A stretch of DNA of 64,000 nucleotides from Escherichia coli (GTDB lineage Bacteria > Pseudomonadota > Gammaproteobacteria > Enterobacterales > Enterobacteriaceae), in NCBI RefSeq assembly GCF_011045215.1, contig NZ_CP049201.1; one strand, 5' to 3'. The notes under the pieces are model-generated. The model had not been told where the DNA came from. It worked only from the letters and a program-made list of their open reading frames with translations, and ran no database searches. The translations under genes and the position numbers were made by a program. Of the stretch, positions 12,875 through 27,405 are shown one piece after another (the stretch's first letter is position 1; each line of letters opens with the position of its first letter).

Positions 12875-14116
12875 TTACAACGTTACCGGGTGTTCTTTCT
12901 CGCCTTTCTTAAACTTCACTTCCCCGAGCTCAATACAACCCACCGGGCAGACGTGACCACAAAGCAGACAACCCACACATTTCTCGGTATTACAATGCGG
13001 TGTGCGGGTTTTCTCGCTCCATTCCATCGCCTGGTGACCGCCGTCGTAACAGGAAATATAACAGCGTCCACAGCCAACACATTTATCAAGATTGATACGG
13101 GGATAGACAATATAACTGCGGTCTAAATCTTCCGCCGGGACAATATTGTTATTCGCCAGACCTACCATCTCCTGCAACGAATCAAATCCCTGATCGGCGA
13201 GATAATGCGATAACCCGCTCGCCATATCTTCTACGATGCGATAGCCGTACTGCATAATGCCGGTGGTGACCTGTAACGTTGCTGCGCCGAGCAATAAAAA
13301 CTCCGCCGCATCCTCCCAGGTTTCAATGCCGCCGATACCGCTGATTGGGAAATCGCGCAGTTCTGGATGGGTGCGCATTTGCTGAATGAAGCGCAGGGCG
13401 ATCGGTTTTACCGCTTTACCGGAATATCCGGAAATACTCGATTTTCCGTTAACGATCGGCATACCGATTTTCTGATTAAGATCGATATTGGTGATGGATT
13501 TAACAGTGTTAATCGCCGCAATGCCATCTGCGCCGCCGCGCTTCGCCGCCAGCGCCACTTCGCACATATCACCGATATTCGGCGTCATCTTCGCCAGCAT
13601 TGGCAGCGTGGAACCCCGTTTCACTGCCCGACAATATTTTTCTACCAGCTCCGGGCTTTGCCCGACATCGCTACCCATCGCATGAGAAGTCATTTGCGGA
13701 CAGGAGAAGTTACACTCGATCATATCCGCGCCAGCTTCTTGCACCAGGCGCGCCAGCTCCTCCCATTGCTGCTCATTTTCCCCCATGATCGAAGCGATCA
13801 ATACTTTGTCCGGGTAATCTTCCTTCAGCCGACGCAGGGCGGCCAGATTCTCTTCCAACGGATGTTCAGCAATCTGCTCCATATTTTTGAAGCCGATAAA
13901 ACCGATATCTTCTTTCACCAGATGATCAAAACGCGGCGAGACTTCGTTGGCGATAAAAAAGCCGATCGTTTTAAACACCACGCCGCCCCAACCTGTGTCG
14001 TAGGCTTTGGCACACATCTCATAGCAGTTGCCTACCGGCGAAGAAGAGAGGCAGAACGGGTTGGGAAACTTCACGCCGCAAAAAGTAATCGAAAGATCTT
14101 TCGTTAACATGAGCAA
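12875..14116 (-). CDS. preA: NAD-dependent dihydropyrimidine dehydrogenase subunit PreA (DHOD-like TIM barrel plus 4Fe-4S ferredoxin domains)
   Basis: 413 aa ORF with C-terminal Cys clusters ([23 protein letters not shown]); overlaps the preT stop by 13 nt. Confidence 0.85.
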   Translation of the reverse strand: MLMLTKDLSITFCGVKFPNPFCLSSSPVGNCYEMCAKAYDTGWGGVVFKTIGFFIANEVSPRFDHLVKEDIGFIGFKNMEQIAEHPLEENLAALRRLKEDYPDKVLIASIMGENEQQWEELARLVQEAGADMIECNFSCPQMTSHAMGSDVGQSPELVEKYCRAVKRGSTLPMLAKMTPNIGDMCEVALAAKRGGADGIAAINTVKSITNIDLNQKIGMPIVNGKSSISGYSGKAVKPIALRFIQQMRTHPELRDFPISGIGGIETWEDAAEFLLLGAATLQVTTGIMQYGYRIVEDMASGLSHYLADQGFDSLQEMVGLANNNIVPAEDLDRSYIVYPRINLDKCVGCGRCYISCYDGGHQAMEWSEKTRTPHCNTEKCVGCLLCGHVCPVGCIELGEVKFKKGEKEHPVTL

Positions 14117-15342
14117 GCTCCCTCTAAATAGTGATGAATCGCCTCGGCGGCTTCTTTCCCGGTTTTCACGGCATAGACCACGGTTTTGTCACCCTCAACA
14201 ATATCGCCAGCAGCAAAGACTTGCGGATCGCGGGTCTGATAATTTTGTGTTTTGATGGTGTTACGCTGCGGCTCTAACTCCGCAAAGGCATCCAGTCTGG
14301 CATGCTGACCGACGGCGAGAATAATTTTATCTGCCACCATCGTCAGTTCGCCCGATAACCGTACATGCTTAAATGTGACTTTATTGCCTTCCACGGCTAC
14401 TGGCGTGAATCCATCGATGATCGAAACGCCCAGCTCCCGGGCGCTGGCAAACTCTTTTTCGCTTGCCGGAAACTCATCTAACTCTTCACGCGCTACGCAA
14501 GTTACCGCCTGACAGCCGAGAACTTTCAGCGTGCTGGCTACGTCCATCGCGACATCACCGCCGCCGATAATTAATGCGCTTTGTGGAATGCTGATATCGC
14601 CTTGCGCCTGTCGTGCACGTAGCAGGAAGTCGACGGCAATCTCAACGTCGCTATGCTCAAACAGCGGTAGCCCGGAACCGCTTGATAACCCCACGGTGAC
14701 CAGTACCGCGCGGTTTTCCGCTTTCAGTTGCTCCAGGGTGAGTGTTTTACCGATTTCGTTATTGCACTTAATGGTCACGCCCATTTTTTCAATACGGGCG
14801 ATCTCTGCATCCAGCACTGATTGCGGTAACCGGAATTGCGGAATACCGTTACGCAACCAGCCACCGGGGTGCGCTTCTTTCTCATAAATCGTGACGTCAT
14901 AACCCTGGTTTGTCAGTGTCACACTGGCCTGCAACCCGGCAGGACCTGCGCCAATAATCGCGACTTTGCCGAGCGTTTTAGTACCGGGCTGATAAATTTC
15001 CATCCCGGTTTGTTGTTCAAAATCAGTAACAAAACGCTGTAAGCGGCCGATATCAATGGGAGCATCAACCCCGGCACGGGTACAACCGCTTTGGCATAAT
15101 TTCTCCGTCGGGCACACTCTGGCACAAACGGCACCGAGGGCATTATTTTCGCGAATTGTCTCGGCAGCGCCTTTAAAATTACGAAAGTAGATTGAGCGAA
15201 TAAATTTCCCCGGATCGGTCTGTGCCGGGCAAGCCTGACTACAGGGAGCGTCGTGACATAATAAACAGCGAGAGGCTTCTTTAATCGCCAGTAAAGGCGT
15301 AAGAGCCGGAGTGAGTTCATCCAGATAATTTTGTTGCGGCAT
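14104..15342 (-). CDS. preT: Dihydropyrimidine dehydrogenase subunit PreT (FAD/NAD(P)-binding oxidoreductase)
   Basis: 412 aa ORF with Rossmann motif IIGAGPAG and an N-terminal Cys-rich region. Confidence 0.85.
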   Translation of the reverse strand: MPQQNYLDELTPALTPLLAIKEASRCLLCHDAPCSQACPAQTDPGKFIRSIYFRNFKGAAETIRENNALGAVCARVCPTEKLCQSGCTRAGVDAPIDIGRLQRFVTDFEQQTGMEIYQPGTKTLGKVAIIGAGPAGLQASVTLTNQGYDVTIYEKEAHPGGWLRNGIPQFRLPQSVLDAEIARIEKMGVTIKCNNEIGKTLTLEQLKAENRAVLVTVGLSSGSGLPLFEHSDVEIAVDFLLRARQAQGDISIPQSALIIGGGDVAMDVASTLKVLGCQAVTCVAREELDEFPASEKEFASARELGVSIIDGFTPVAVEGNKVTFKHVRLSGELTMVADKIILAVGQHARLDAFAELEPQRNTIKTQNYQTRDPQVFAAGDIVEGDKTVVYAVKTGKEAAEAIHHYLEGACSC

Positions 15343-15535
15343 GTGATCTTCCTTAATGCTATGAGTAATTAAGGCGAACGCTAAATAAATATTGCGTGCT
15401 GATATTAAGGCTATGCGCGTGGGGAAATTTAAACTGTGAAAGGATTCACAAATAGCTGCGGTTCAGAATGTTATATCCGCAGCTTATTGAGTGTAGTAAT
15501 AATTATTCTCAATAATTAACAGAAAAGAGAAAATA

Positions 15536-17531
<1,996 letters not shown>

Positions 17532-17660
17532 GGCGTTGCCTCATAATCATGTAATGGGATAACAGTTTACGAACCCGTTATGGCTTTATATGTGATCTGA
17601 ATCTCATTAATTATGCAACGCGTGAAACTTACATCAAAAATGCGCGACGCATCGCAAATT

Positions 17661-18787
<1,127 letters not shown>

Positions 18788-18989
18788 TTAATTCGTAAAA
18801 CGTGCTACCGATCACATTAAGAAATCAGCGCTTATTTTTTCGCTCCCCGGTATTACGCAATGAGCAGCGAACTCAGGCATACATCAAGCATAGAGAGGGA
18901 TTGCAGTTTGCAGCAATCCCTCTTTGCAGACCTTTAATCCGCTGACCATAGGCGCTAACATAGCGCCTCATTTTTTTGCGGGTGATGAT

Positions 18990-19940
18990 ATGCGTGTGTT
19001 ACTGGCACCGATGGAGGGTGTGCTTGATTCTCTGGTGCGTGAATTGCTGACCGAAGTTAACGACTACGATCTGTGCATCACCGAGTTCGTCCGCGTGGTG
19101 GATCAACTGCTGCCGGTAAAAGTCTTTCATCGCATTTGCCCTGAGTTACAAAACGCCAGCCGGACACCATCCGGTACGCTGGTGCGCGTTCAGTTGTTAG
19201 GTCAGTTCCCACAATGGCTGGCAGAGAACGCCGCCCGTGCGGTGGAGTTAGGTTCCTGGGGCGTGGGTCTCAATTGCGGCTGCCCGTCGAAAACGGTCAA
19301 CGGTAGCGGTGGTGGGGCGACGTTACTCAAAGATCCTGAACTCATCTACCAGGGGGCAAAAGCGATGCGTGAAGCTGTACCGGCGCATTTGCCCGTCAGC
19401 GTGAAAGTGCGTCTGGGCTGGGACAGCGGTGAGAAGAAATTTGAAATCGCCGATGCGGTTCAACAGGCTGGCGCTACGGAGCTGGTGGTGCATGGGCGGA
19501 CAAAAGAGCAGGGTTACCGCGCGGAGCATATTGACTGGCAGGCGATTGGCGAGATTCGCCAGCAGCTGAATATTCCGGTGATTGCCAACGGTGAAATCTG
19601 GGACTGGCAGAGTGCGCAACAATGCATGGCGATCAGCGGCTGCGACGCAGTGATGATTGGTCGCGGGGCGCTCAATATTCCCAACCTGAGCCGGGTAGTA
19701 AAATATAACGAACCGCGAATGCCGTGGCCGGAGGTGGTTGCTTTGCTGCAAAAATATACCCGTCTGGAAAAGCAGGGCGATACCGGGTTATATCACGTAG
19801 CGCGGATTAAACAGTGGTTGAGTTATTTGCGTAAAGAATACGATGAAGCAACGGAATTATTTCAGCATGTTCGGGTGTTGAATAATTCCCCTGATATTGC
19901 AAGGGCTATTCAGGCAATTGATATCGATAAGCTGCGATAA
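18990..19940 (+). CDS. dusC: tRNA-dihydrouridine(16) synthase
   Basis: Dus-family TIM-barrel flavoenzyme; internal start [11 protein letters not shown]... fits better than the track start at 18924. Confidence 0.85.
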   Translation: MRVLLAPMEGVLDSLVRELLTEVNDYDLCITEFVRVVDQLLPVKVFHRICPELQNASRTPSGTLVRVQLLGQFPQWLAENAARAVELGSWGVGLNCGCPSKTVNGSGGGATLLKDPELIYQGAKAMREAVPAHLPVSVKVRLGWDSGEKKFEIADAVQQAGATELVVHGRTKEQGYRAEHIDWQAIGEIRQQLNIPVIANGEIWDWQSAQQCMAISGCDAVMIGRGALNIPNLSRVVKYNEPRMPWPEVVALLQKYTRLEKQGDTGLYHVARIKQWLSYLRKEYDEATELFQHVRVLNNSPDIARAIQAIDIDKLR

Positions 19941-20029
19941 TAGTGGAATCGCAGTTTATCAGAGACAATGAATCGCTTATTCAGCTTCATCATCTTGTTG
20001 CGCTCCTTTCATGAGCTAAGCCACATATT

Positions 20030-20240
20030 GCCACTGGCGCAAGGAGCGCGCAGGGGGAGGACAATCGCCTCCTCCCCCTGCACCCCCGGGCTCTGGCGAA
20101 CAAAATCGCCGCTGCGCGGTACCTTCAGCTTATCCCCTTCGGCTACCGGGTCGGGCGCGAGGAAACGTCCTTGTAAGACGCGCCCTCAGCCCACATCCAT
20201 GTGGGCTGCCCCGGCCTTCGGGGAACGCTTCAGCAATTTT
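20030..20240. repeat. GC-rich palindrome-dense intergenic element of unknown class
   Basis: Several perfect hairpins in about 210 bp: cagggggagga-caatcgcc-tcctccccctg, ggcgcg...cgcgcc, gcccaca-tcca-tgtgggc, cccg-gcctt-cggg. Confidence 0.4.
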
Positions 20241-20327
20241 GACGCCACCAACACCGGAGCTGTTTGCAAATCAAGTACACAAAATATCTAGTTCCTGACC
20301 TGACAACTTATATGTCATATCTGATTT

Positions 20328-20411
20328 TTAAAATATCATCTTAAATACGCCAGTCACCACCAGTAGCCCAATCAGGAAAATAATCAATACAGCCCAGAGT
20401 ATAATTTTCAT
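20328..20411 (-). CDS. yohP: 27-aa small hydrophobic membrane protein
   Basis: Reverse-strand ORF MKIILWAVLIIFLIGLLVVTGVFKMIF with SD aaggaa 7 nt upstream; matches my recollection of E. coli YohP. Below the ORF-track size cutoff. Confidence 0.55.
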   Translation of the reverse strand: MKIILWAVLIIFLIGLLVVTGVFKMIF

Positions 20412-20634
20412 TGGCGTTCCTTTATTTGTGAGTGCTGAATAAGTATAGGAAAAAACGAAGCCCTTTGCCGTTATCCATAAACGATTAAGATAAATCGGAA
20501 GATATCATTCGCTTAGTGTATATTTTTCTGGATATGTCGTTTTATTGCTACTGATGTATTGCCACGCGAAACTAAAAAATATATCGCAACACACGGTAAT
20601 CTCCGCGCACCTTTTCTTACCTGATTATTCCCCC

Positions 20635-22071
20635 ATGAATCGTGATTCCTTTTATCCAGCCATCGCCTGTTTTCCGCTGTTACTGATGCTGACCGGGTGT
20701 GCGCCTATGCATGAAACCCGCCAGGCGTTAAGCCAGCAAACGCCCGCTGCACAAGTTGATACCGCATTACCCACGGCGCTGAAAAATGGTTGGCCAGACA
20801 GCCAATGGTGGCTGGAGTATCACGATAATCAGCTCACTTCCTTAATTAACAATGCACTACAGAACGCACCGGATATGAAGGTGGCTGAACAGCGCATTCA
20901 GCTAGCTGAAGCCCAGGCGAAGGCAGTTGCTACTCAGGATGGTCCGCAGATCGACTTTTCTGCGGATATGGAGCGGCAAAAAATGTCGGCAGAAGGGCTA
21001 ATGGGGCCGTTTGCTCTGAACGATCCGGCCGCAGGTACGACCGGTCCGTGGTACACCAACGGAACTTTTGGCTTAACGGCGGGCTGGCATCTCGATATCT
21101 GGGGAAAGAATCGGGCGGAGGTTACTGCCCGCCTGGGTACGGTTAAAGCACGGGCGGCGGAACGCGAGCAAACCCGCCAATTGCTGGCTGGCAGCGTAGC
21201 CCGCCTGTACTGGGAGTGGCAAACCCAGGCGGCGTTAAACACGGTCTTGCGGCAAATCGAAAAAGAGCAGAACACCATTATCGCGACCGATCGCCAGCTA
21301 TATCAGAACGGGATTACTTCTTCAGTTGAAGGTGTGGAAACCGATATTAATGCCAGCAAAACCCGGCAGCAGCTCAACGATGTCGCGGGGAAAATGAAAA
21401 TTATTGAGGCACGGTTAAGCGCACTTACAAATCACCAGACAAAGTCATTGAAGCTTAAACCGGTCGCGTTGCCGAAAGTGGCAAGCCAGCTTCCTGATGA
21501 ACTGGGGTACTCCTTACTGGCCCGGCGGGCAGATTTGCAGGCGGCGCACTGGTACGTTGAGTCATCGCTAAGCACCATTGATGCGGCAAAAGCGGCATTT
21601 TATCCTGACATCAACCTGATGGCCTTTCTGCAACAGGATGCGTTGCACTTAAGCGATCTGTTCCGTCATTCCGCGCAGCAAATGGGTGTTACGGCAGGCC
21701 TGACGCTACCCATTTTCGATAGTGGTCGTCTTAACGCCAATCTCGATATCGCAAAAGCCGAAAGCAACTTGTCTATCGCCAGCTACAACAAAGCGGTGGT
21801 TGAAGCGGTAAATGACGTGGCGCGGGCGGCCAGCCAGGTTCAGACACTGGCGGAGAAAAACCAGCATCAGGCGCAAATTGAGCACGATGCCTTGCGTGTG
21901 GTAGGTCTTGCGCAGGCGCGCTTTAACGCGGGCATCATTGCTGGTTCCCGCGTCAGCGAAGCCAGAATCCCCGCGCTGCGTGAGCGGGCCAATGGCCTGT
22001 TATTGCAAGGGCAGTGGCTGGATGCCTCCATTCAACTCACTGGTGCGTTGGGCGGGGGTTACAAACGCTGA
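20635..22071 (+). CDS. mdtQ: Outer-membrane efflux factor lipoprotein (NodT/OprM family)
   Basis: Internal start MNRDSF... gives 478 aa with lipobox LLLMLTGC; OMF-like coiled-coil/barrel composition. Confidence 0.75.
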   Translation: MNRDSFYPAIACFPLLLMLTGCAPMHETRQALSQQTPAAQVDTALPTALKNGWPDSQWWLEYHDNQLTSLINNALQNAPDMKVAEQRIQLAEAQAKAVATQDGPQIDFSADMERQKMSAEGLMGPFALNDPAAGTTGPWYTNGTFGLTAGWHLDIWGKNRAEVTARLGTVKARAAEREQTRQLLAGSVARLYWEWQTQAALNTVLRQIEKEQNTIIATDRQLYQNGITSSVEGVETDINASKTRQQLNDVAGKMKIIEARLSALTNHQTKSLKLKPVALPKVASQLPDELGYSLLARRADLQAAHWYVESSLSTIDAAKAAFYPDINLMAFLQQDALHLSDLFRHSAQQMGVTAGLTLPIFDSGRLNANLDIAKAESNLSIASYNKAVVEAVNDVARAASQVQTLAEKNQHQAQIEHDALRVVGLAQARFNAGIIAGSRVSEARIPALRERANGLLLQGQWLDASIQLTGALGGGYKR

Positions 22072-22123
22072 TGATATGTGCCTTCTATACTTAACGTTTA
22101 TTCAGCGTTAAGTGGAGAACTCG

Positions 22124-22885
22124 ATGGCACAGGTCGCGATAATTACCGCCTCCGATTCGGGGATCGGCAAAGAGTGCGCGTTATTACTGGCGCAGCAGGG
22201 GTTTGATATTGGCATTACCTGGCACTCAGATGAAGAAGGGGCAAAAGATACCGCGCGTGAGGTAGTTAGCCACGGCGTACGTGCGGAGATCGTGCAGCTG
22301 GATCTCGGTAAACTGCCAGAAGGTGCGCAGGCGCTGGAGAAACTCATTCAACGGCTGGGGCGTATTGATGTGCTGGTGAATAATGCGGGCGCAATGACCA
22401 AAGCGCCGTTTCTTGATATGGCTTTCGATGAGTGGCGCAAGATTTTTACCGTTGATGTCGATGGTGCATTTTTATGCTCACAAATTGCGGCCCGCCAGAT
22501 GGTGAAACAAGGGCAGGGCGGTCGCATCATCAACATTACGTCGGTACATGAACATACGCCGCTGCCGGATGCCAGCGCCTACACAGCCGCTAAACATGCG
22601 CTCGGTGGGTTAACCAAAGCGATGGCGCTGGAGCTGGTCAGGCATAAGATTTTGGTGAACGCAGTCGCGCCTGGGGCGATCGCCACGCCAATGAATGGCA
22701 TGGATGACAGCGACGTGAAGCCCGACGCGGAGCCTTCGATTCCTCTGCGGCGTTTTGGTGCAACGCATGAGATTGCCAGCCTGGTAGCGTGGCTGTGCTC
22801 AGAGGGCGCAAATTACACCACCGGGCAGTCGTTGATAGTGGATGGCGGCTTTATGTTGGCGAATCCGCAGTTCAACCCAGAATAG
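22124..22885 (+). CDS. yohF: Short-chain dehydrogenase/reductase
   Basis: TASDSGIGK Rossmann motif and YTAAK catalytic motif. Confidence 0.8.
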   Translation: MAQVAIITASDSGIGKECALLLAQQGFDIGITWHSDEEGAKDTAREVVSHGVRAEIVQLDLGKLPEGAQALEKLIQRLGRIDVLVNNAGAMTKAPFLDMAFDEWRKIFTVDVDGAFLCSQIAARQMVKQGQGGRIINITSVHEHTPLPDASAYTAAKHALGGLTKAMALELVRHKILVNAVAPGAIATPMNGMDDSDVKPDAEPSIPLRRFGATHEIASLVAWLCSEGANYTTGQSLIVDGGFMLANPQFNPE

Positions 22886-22928
22886 CGCAGTGAGGTGCGT
22901 GGTTATTTCAATGGGTAAAATTTTGGTA

Positions 22929-23006
22929 GGCATGATAAGACGCACAAGCGTCGCATCAGGCATGGTGCCCCGGATGTCGGATGCGGCGCGAACGCCTTAT
23001 CCAGGG
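22929..23006. repeat. BIME (two REP palindromes)
   Basis: ggcatgataagacgcacaagcgtcgcatcaggcatg plus cggatgtcggatgcggcgcgaacgccttatccagg between convergent yohF and yohD. Confidence 0.6.
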
Positions 23007-23014
23007 CAATGGTT

Positions 23015-23593
23015 TTACGCCTGATTATCCGGCTTTTTCTTCCCGCGTCGTTTCAGCCACCAGCGCACGCCTACCACCAGAACCACGACCAGAATCAACC
23101 AGACCCAGTGCTTCAAATGCTGGTCGAGATTGTGCAACCACGGCGCAATCACCTGACCACCAGCGTAACCGATAGTGGTAAAAATCAACGCCCAGGCAAA
23201 TGCGCCGAGAATATTCAGTGGCAGAAAGATTTTCGGCGGCAGCAGGCTGGCACCAATCAGCGTCGGGCCAATCACCCGAAAGCCATACATAAAACGCGTA
23301 CCAATGACAAACAGATACGGATGGCGTTGGATAAGTTTCTGCGCCCGCTCAATTTTATCCTGATGTTTCGAGAAACGGCGTAACAGCTTGCCGCCAAACC
23401 GCCGTCCGCACAGATAGAGCACCTGGTCGCCAATCATGCCGCCAAGCGCCACAGAAAGTACCACCAGCGGGAACTTTAATAGCCCCTGATGCGCCGCAAC
23501 GCCTCCCAGCAAAGTCACGGTTTCACCTTCCGCCAGGCTACCGATCACCAGCGCGGCATAACCATATTGTGAGATGAGTGTATTGAGATCCAT
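23015..23593 (-). CDS. yohD: DedA-family inner-membrane protein
   Basis: Internal start MDLNTLISQYGYAALVIGSL... gives 192 aa; DedA-like. Confidence 0.75.
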   Translation of the reverse strand: MDLNTLISQYGYAALVIGSLAEGETVTLLGGVAAHQGLLKFPLVVLSVALGGMIGDQVLYLCGRRFGGKLLRRFSKHQDKIERAQKLIQRHPYLFVIGTRFMYGFRVIGPTLIGASLLPPKIFLPLNILGAFAWALIFTTIGYAGGQVIAPWLHNLDQHLKHWVWLILVVVLVVGVRWWLKRRGKKKPDNQA

Positions 23594-23762
23594 AGGCCAG
23601 TCTGTCTCCCTTTGGTTGCCTGTAAGCATACACCCTGTAAATCATTCACGCTGAAAAAGGACATACATAAGACGGTGCAAATTACATGAGCGAACAAAAA
23701 ATAATCACAAGCTGACTTATACTTGAACTGTCAGGTTCATGAACTCACAACAAGGGGGCGGT

Positions 23763-24350
23763 ATGAGCCATGTCTGGGGACTGTTTTCCCATCCCGATCG
23801 TGAAATGCAGGTGATTAATCGCGAAAACGAAACGATTTCTCACCATTACACCCACCACGTTTTGCTGATGGCGGCGATTCCGGTGATTTGCGCCTTCATT
23901 GGCACTACACAGATTGGCTGGAATTTTGGCGATGGCACTATCCTGAAGTTATCCTGGTTTACCGGACTGGCGCTGGCTGTCCTGTTTTATGGCGTTATGC
24001 TCGCTGGGGTCGCGGTGATGGGGCGGGTCATCTGGTGGATGGCGCGTAATTATCCGCAGCGTCCGTCACTTGCGCACTGCATGGTCTTCGCGGGCTACGT
24101 TGCAACTCCGCTGTTTTTAAGCGGTCTGGTGGCGCTTTATCCGCTGGTCTGGTTGTGTGCGCTGGTCGGCACGGTGGCACTGTTTTACACCGGTTACCTG
24201 CTTTACCTTGGTATTCCGAGCTTCCTGAATATCAACAAAGAGGAAGGCCTTAGCTTCTCCAGTTCGACGCTGGCGATTGGCGTGCTGGTACTGGAAGTGC
24301 TGCTTGCCCTTACCATTATACTATGGGGCTACGGTTATCGTTTGTTCTAG
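23763..24350 (+). CDS. yohC: Yip1-family inner-membrane protein
   Basis: Internal start MSHVWGLF... gives 195 aa polytopic membrane protein. Confidence 0.7.
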   Translation: MSHVWGLFSHPDREMQVINRENETISHHYTHHVLLMAAIPVICAFIGTTQIGWNFGDGTILKLSWFTGLALAVLFYGVMLAGVAVMGRVIWWMARNYPQRPSLAHCMVFAGYVATPLFLSGLVALYPLVWLCALVGTVALFYTGYLLYLGIPSFLNINKEEGLSFSSSTLAIGVLVLEVLLALTIILWGYGYRLF

Positions 24351-24523
24351 AAAGTTCTTTGACGTTGCATTGCTGGCGTAAATGTCAGCAATGCAGCATT
24401 TCCTCACGATTCTCCTTTGACGATCGCACTTTTTGCTCGTTATGATGGCGTCGCTAGCCTCAGTAAATCCTTACTCCGGCGGTGCGCAACCCGTGCGCGT
24501 GAACCACTATCTGAATGCTCATC

Positions 24524-25456
24524 ATGCCGAAATTTCGAGTTTCTTTATTTAGCCTGGCCCTGATGCTGGCTGTGCCTTTGGCACCGCAGGCCGTTGCGAA
24601 AACGGCAGCCGCTACCACCGCTTCACAACCGGAAATTGCCTCCGGTAGCGCGATGATTGTTGATCTGAATACCAACAAAGTGATCTATTCGAACCACCCG
24701 GATCTGGTGCGTCCGATTGCGTCTATCAGCAAATTAATGACCGCGATGGTTGTGCTGGATGCACGACTGCCGCTGGATGAAAAACTAAAAGTGGATATCA
24801 GCCAGACGCCGGAGATGAAAGGGGTCTATTCGCGCGTACGACTGAACAGCGAAATCAGCCGTAAAGATATGCTGTTGCTTGCGTTGATGTCTTCAGAAAA
24901 CCGCGCGGCGGCAAGCCTTGCGCACCATTATCCCGGTGGTTACAAAGCCTTTATTAAGGCGATGAATGCGAAAGCGAAATCGCTCGGAATGAACAACACG
25001 CGCTTTGTTGAACCGACCGGATTGTCGGTGCATAACGTTTCAACCGCCCGTGACTTAACCAAACTGCTTATTGCCAGCAAACAATATCCGTTGATCGGGC
25101 AGTTAAGTACTACCCGGGAAGATATGGCAACCTTCTCTAACCCGACGTATACGCTGCCGTTCCGCAATACTAATCATCTGGTGTATCGCGATAACTGGAA
25201 TATCCAGCTAACCAAAACCGGCTTTACCAATGCGGCGGGCCATTGTCTGGTGATGCGTACGGTTATCAATAATAAACCGGTGGCGCTGGTAGTGATGGAT
25301 GCGTTTGGCAAATATACCCATTTTGCCGATGCCAGCCGCCTGCGTACCTGGATTGAAACCGGTAAAGTGATGCCTGTTCCGGCAGCAGCGTTGAGCTATA
25401 AAAAACAAAAAGCCGCCCAAATGGCGGCGGCGGGGCAGACGGCACAGAACGATTAA
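24524..25456 (+). CDS. pbpG: D-alanyl-D-alanine endopeptidase (PBP7)
   Basis: Signal peptide, SISKLMT (SxxK) and SENRAA (SxN) penicillin-binding motifs. Confidence 0.85.
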   Translation: MPKFRVSLFSLALMLAVPLAPQAVAKTAAATTASQPEIASGSAMIVDLNTNKVIYSNHPDLVRPIASISKLMTAMVVLDARLPLDEKLKVDISQTPEMKGVYSRVRLNSEISRKDMLLLALMSSENRAAASLAHHYPGGYKAFIKAMNAKAKSLGMNNTRFVEPTGLSVHNVSTARDLTKLLIASKQYPLIGQLSTTREDMATFSNPTYTLPFRNTNHLVYRDNWNIQLTKTGFTNAAGHCLVMRTVINNKPVALVVMDAFGKYTHFADASRLRTWIETGKVMPVPAAALSYKKQKAAQMAAAGQTAQND

Positions 25457-25460
25457 GTGA

Positions 25461-25497
25461 ATTACGGATGGCGATACTCTGCCATCCGTAATTTTTA
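25461..25497. terminator. Bidirectional rho-independent terminator between pbpG and dld
   Basis: Hairpin attacggatggc-gatactct-gccatccgtaat followed by TTTTT. Confidence 0.6.
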
Positions 25498-27210
25498 CTC
25501 CACTTCCTGCCAGTTTTTCCGCTTACTGGTTTTACCGATCCCCGGATTCATACTGTTGGTCGGATCGTTCTCGCGATAAAACTTCTGCAACGTCTCCGGT
25601 GCTTTATACAAATGACCGACGTTATGCTCGGCAGGGTATTGCGCACCGCGCTGCTGAAGCAGTTCCAGCATCTGTTCTTTCAACGCATGCACATCCACGC
25701 CTTTTTTCACTATGTAATCCTGATGGAAGACATAGCACATAAAATGGCCGTAATAGAGCTTGTGCACCAGCTGGCTGTCGATCTCCGGCGGTAAATGCTC
25801 ATACCACTCGGTGTCGTTACGCCGCAGAGCGATATCCAGCGCCAGAATGTCTTCGACTTCATCGGAATGCACCGCCTGATAACGAATTGCTGCGCCCGCA
25901 GCGGCGAAACGGTGTAAAAACGCTTTGCTGCCTTCCTCCGGCGTACAGACAAAGAAATCGCCCTCGGCCTGTTTGAAATAATCCACCAGCCACGATTTGG
26001 CTTCACCAACGCCATCGCCCGCCATTTTTAACAGCAGATGATGCTCGTATTTATCGCGCCAGTTTTTCATGCGCGGCGGTAAATGGCTGGGGAACAGGTG
26101 ACCGAATTTTTGCATCGCACGGTCAGTAAAATGCGGACGGAAGAATTTCACTTTCTCCAGCATCGCATCGGTGCGTCCCTTGAGATTAAAGAAGAACGGC
26201 ATCTTGTCGGTGCCTAACTTATCAATCATCAGGAAGGTGTCTTTGCCGTATTTTTCCGCAATATCGTAGATATCCCGGTGCATATATTCCCCGGCAACCG
26301 GCAGATTTTCGAAGTTAGCCAGAATATGACGGCGGATTTCGGTCAGCACTTCCGGCTGGTTGGTGCCGATATAAAACACCTGCTGATTTTTTTCCGCTTC
26401 GAAGGTATCAAGACGTACTGCAAAGACGGCCAGCTTCCCGGCGCAACCAGAAGATTCAAATAACCGATCCGGATCGGCGTTATAACGTGCGGGCGTGTCG
26501 GCTTCAATATCACGAACGCGGTGGACATAGTCATAATCGTGGGCGTGACGACCATCGTGACGCACATCGTCATCTTTGATGCGATCGTCATCCAGCTTGC
26601 TAAGGATCTGCTCCGGCGTTTCGCCCAGATCAATCCCGAGATGGTTCACCAGCGTCAGCTTGCCATCTTCATTTATACGCGCGAATAACGACATTTCGGT
26701 ATACGCCGGGCCACGTTGCACCAGCGAGCCGCCGGAGTTGTTACAAATACCGCCGATGACCGATGCGCCTATACACGATGATCCAATCACCGAGTGCGGT
26801 TCGCGTCCCAGCGGTTTGAGGGCTTTTTCCAGCGAATAAAGCGTGGTGCCCGGATAGGCCAGCACCTGTTCGCCCTTGCCGAGAACGTGCAGCTTGTCGA
26901 GACGCAGGGTGCTGATGATAACGACATCTCGATCATAGTCGTTACCGTTTGGCGTCGATCCTTCGGTCAGGCCTGTATTGGCAGCCTGCATCAGAATAAT
27001 TTTGTCGGCGGTGACGCAGGCTTTCAGCACCCGCCACAATTCCAGTAGTGAGCCAGGGAAAACGACAGCCAGCGCGTCGCCCTGACCAGAACGGAAGCCC
27101 TTGCGATAGCGGGCCGTTTTTGCGGGATCGGTGAGCAGGTGTGAATGACCGACCAGACGGGCAAGTTCATTCAAAAAGGCTTTATTATCAGTTGTTGTCA
27201 TGGAAGACAT
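25495..27210 (-). CDS. dld: FAD-dependent D-lactate dehydrogenase (membrane-associated, respiratory)
   Basis: Internal start MSSMTTTDNKAF... gives 571 aa, the K-12 Dld length. Confidence 0.85.
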   Translation of the reverse strand: MSSMTTTDNKAFLNELARLVGHSHLLTDPAKTARYRKGFRSGQGDALAVVFPGSLLELWRVLKACVTADKIILMQAANTGLTEGSTPNGNDYDRDVVIISTLRLDKLHVLGKGEQVLAYPGTTLYSLEKALKPLGREPHSVIGSSCIGASVIGGICNNSGGSLVQRGPAYTEMSLFARINEDGKLTLVNHLGIDLGETPEQILSKLDDDRIKDDDVRHDGRHAHDYDYVHRVRDIEADTPARYNADPDRLFESSGCAGKLAVFAVRLDTFEAEKNQQVFYIGTNQPEVLTEIRRHILANFENLPVAGEYMHRDIYDIAEKYGKDTFLMIDKLGTDKMPFFFNLKGRTDAMLEKVKFFRPHFTDRAMQKFGHLFPSHLPPRMKNWRDKYEHHLLLKMAGDGVGEAKSWLVDYFKQAEGDFFVCTPEEGSKAFLHRFAAAGAAIRYQAVHSDEVEDILALDIALRRNDTEWYEHLPPEIDSQLVHKLYYGHFMCYVFHQDYIVKKGVDVHALKEQMLELLQQRGAQYPAEHNVGHLYKAPETLQKFYRENDPTNSMNPGIGKTSKRKNWQEVE

Positions 27211-27405
27211 TTTCCACTCCTTGTGGTGGCGAAAAAATATCACAAACTAGAATAGCGCCTTGTATGACAATTCAGCGAGTGAATATTTTGAAAATTCAGA
27301 CAATAAACTGAGCATTCTTTTTCTCTCTCCATCATGCTTATGGCAAACTACGGTTTTTGCACCATTTTCGCTGCCACGTCGGGCAACAAAGGAAGAAAAA
27401 TCCAT

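Noticed and set aside
13367-14107. 246-aa plus-strand ORF
   Set aside because: It is antisense within preA; a shadow ORF.
19968-20291. 107-aa plus-strand ORF after dusC
   Set aside because: It spans a GC-rich palindromic element, is Pro/Arg/Ser-rich, and lacks a convincing SD; more likely non-coding.
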